Source: a virus. Taken from it: DNA of 39,158 bases. Location of the stretch: positions 1 to 39,158 of the IMG/VR virus record IMGVR_UViG_3300046373_000033. One strand, given 5' to 3'. Each line of letters starts with the position of its first letter. Position 1 is the stretch's first letter. Made by a program: the position numbers and the translations under genes. Below the pieces are notes generated by a model. The model saw only the letters and a program-made list of their open reading frames with translations. It was not told where the DNA came from and ran no database searches. This document shows positions 37,931 through 39,158 of this stretch, piece after piece.

Positions 37931-39158
37931 ATGGCACTCGATCCAAACATCATCCTTCAAGCCAAGCCAGTGCAGTTTGATAACCCACTGAATGCTCTTG
38001 CGCAGTACTCGCAGATTCAAAATGCTCAGAATCAGAACGCACTTTCTCAATACACAATTGGTAAAGCCAAGCGTGATGATGAGCGCTCTACTGCGGTGCA
38101 AAACGCGTTGGTATCAACCGGAGGGGACGCTCAAGCAGGCTATCAAGCATTGGCAAAGCAAGGCTATTTAAAAGAAGCTCTGGATCTTCAAAAGTCGCAG
38201 CTAGATCAAGATAAGACAAGATCTGAAGTTGATAAAAATCGTGCTTCGACAGCTACATCAAATTATGACCTGCAATTAAAGAAAACTGAAACTATTGGGC
38301 AAACACTTGGCGCATTGCTGAAAACTCCCGATGTTGGTCCGCAGCAAATTTCTCAGTCATTGCAGCAACTTGCAGGTTCAGGGATCATCACGCCAGAACA
38401 AGCTCAGCAAGCAATTCAAGGAATCCCACAAGATGCAGCGCAGATTCCAGCGTATTTGCAGCAGCATCAAATGGCGGCCATGAAAACTGCTGACCAGCTA
38501 AAGTACACCATGCCGGATGCAAACGCTCAGCTTAACGCCCAGACCTCACGCCAAAACAACGCCGCCACAAATGCCACCTCATTGGCTACGAACGCCAACA
38601 CGGTCAACAATGCTGCGCAGACGGCAGGAATGGTTGACAGAAGGGCTGCGGCAACGGCTCAAGCCAAGACGGCTCCTAAACCATTGCCAACTGCAGCTCT
38701 TAAAATGCAGCAGGATTCTTTAGATGCGATTGGCACTGCCTCAGGAATCAATTCCGACTTGTCATCTGTTGGTAAACAAATCACTGATGGCAAGCTTGAT
38801 TTCGGCCTTTTTTCCAATGCGAAAAACAGCACTTTGAATACGCTTGGCCTGTCAACCGAAGGAAGTCGAAACTTCCAGAGCTTCAAGTCAACATTGGAAA
38901 AGCTTCGGAATGACTCTCTGCGCCTAAACAAGGGTGTTCAAACCGATGGCGACGCTCAACGCGCATGGAACGAGCTGTTCACGAACATCAATGATAAGCA
39001 GGTTGTTCAACAACGTCTTGATGAAATCCAGCGCATTAACGAGCGTGGCGCTACGTTGCACCAACTCAATGTTGACAACATCCGTAACAACTACGGAGCA
39101 GAACCGCTTGATACCTCTGGGTATAAGTCGCAGCCTGCCACGGTAGGCGCAAACGTTG
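37931..39158 (+). CDS. Ejection/internal virion protein (second of three), 5' part. The ORF runs off the window end and continues in frame at 128..300 (about 466 aa after de-duplication).
   Basis: ATG 37931 follows AGGGA. I translated 37931-39158 by hand and found no stop (MALDPNIILQAKPVQFDNPLNALAQYSQIQNAQNQ...). It is absent from the ORF track because it has no stop in the window. Q/N/A-rich like podovirus E-proteins. Confidence 0.7.
   Translation, partial: MALDPNIILQAKPVQFDNPLNALAQYSQIQNAQNQNALSQYTIGKAKRDDERSTAVQNALVSTGGDAQAGYQALAKQGYLKEALDLQKSQLDQDKTRSEVDKNRASTATSNYDLQLKKTETIGQTLGALLKTPDVGPQQISQSLQQLAGSGIITPEQAQQAIQGIPQDAAQIPAYLQQHQMAAMKTADQLKYTMPDANAQLNAQTSRQNNAATNATSLATNANTVNNAAQTAGMVDRRAAATAQAKTAPKPLPTAALKMQQDSLDAIGTASGINSDLSSVGKQITDGKLDFGLFSNAKNSTLNTLGLSTEGSRNFQSFKSTLEKLRNDSLRLNKGVQTDGDAQRAWNELFTNINDKQVVQQRLDEIQRINERGATLHQLNVDNIRNNYGAEPLDTSGYKSQPATVGANV
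39032..39158. repeat. Terminal duplication, copy 2 (identical to 1-127)
   Basis: Same 127-nt string as the window start. An overlap of exactly 127 nt is what a k=127 de Bruijn assembler leaves on a circular contig. Confidence 0.9.

Larger units (their letters stand above)
1..39031. mobile_element. Complete temperate phage genome (P22-like virion module, lambdoid regulatory layout), unique length about 39,031 bp
   Basis: Integrase, Xis, repressor/cro pair, replication, Q-like, terminase, portal, scaffold, coat, ejection proteins, tail and lysis genes are all present. The ends overlap by 127 bp. Confidence 0.85.

Overview
The window is a complete temperate phage genome of the P22-like/lambdoid podovirus type, either a free phage or an excised prophage. 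It is not a chromosomal fragment. Bases 1-127 recur exactly at 39032-39158, so the unique circle is about 39,031 bp, and one virion gene (37931..end, joined to 1..300) is split by the linearisation point.

Layout, plus strand:
- Ejection proteins, a P22 gp10-like tail hub, a tail fibre and a lysis cassette (300-7184).
- A non-coding attP-like region with two nested 19-bp inverted-repeat pairs (7185-7925).

Layout, minus strand:
- Tyrosine integrase and Xis-like HTH protein.
- A long early-left operon (16900 down to 9043) whose genes are mostly coupled by ATGA/TGATG overlaps. It contains a pentapeptide-repeat protein, several micro-ORFs, a PD-(D/E)XK exonuclease, SSB, DUF551-type proteins and a SpoT-type HD alarmone hydrolase.
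- A cargo cassette at the lambda-rexAB position (17034-17930).
- An XRE-type repressor.

Layout, plus strand again:
- A cro-like gene and replication/nin-like genes: YbcO-like nuclease, DUF1376 initiator, lambda-P-like loader, Gp49-like protein and a DUF1064-like nuclease.
- A Q-like antiterminator followed by a late promoter and two terminators.
- The morphogenesis operon: TerS, TerL, mini-GNAT, P22-like portal, a 2.9-kb fibre/enzyme insertion, scaffold, P22-type coat, gp4-like adaptor, a cupin-like+SET-domain fusion and ejection proteins.

No rRNA gene, complete tRNA gene, CRISPR array or transposase was seen.

The items most worth follow-up are:
1. The SET-domain methyltransferase wired into the virion/ejection block.
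2. The pentapeptide-repeat gene as first gene of the PL-like operon, built from near-perfect 15/30-nt DNA repeats.
3. The rex-position cassette, with a fully antisense ORF pair and opposed terminators.
4. The mini-GNAT between terminase and portal.
5. The phage-borne alarmone hydrolase.
6. The enzyme-bearing fibre module inserted between portal and scaffold.

All functional calls rest on motifs read by eye and on remembered family signatures. No database search was run.
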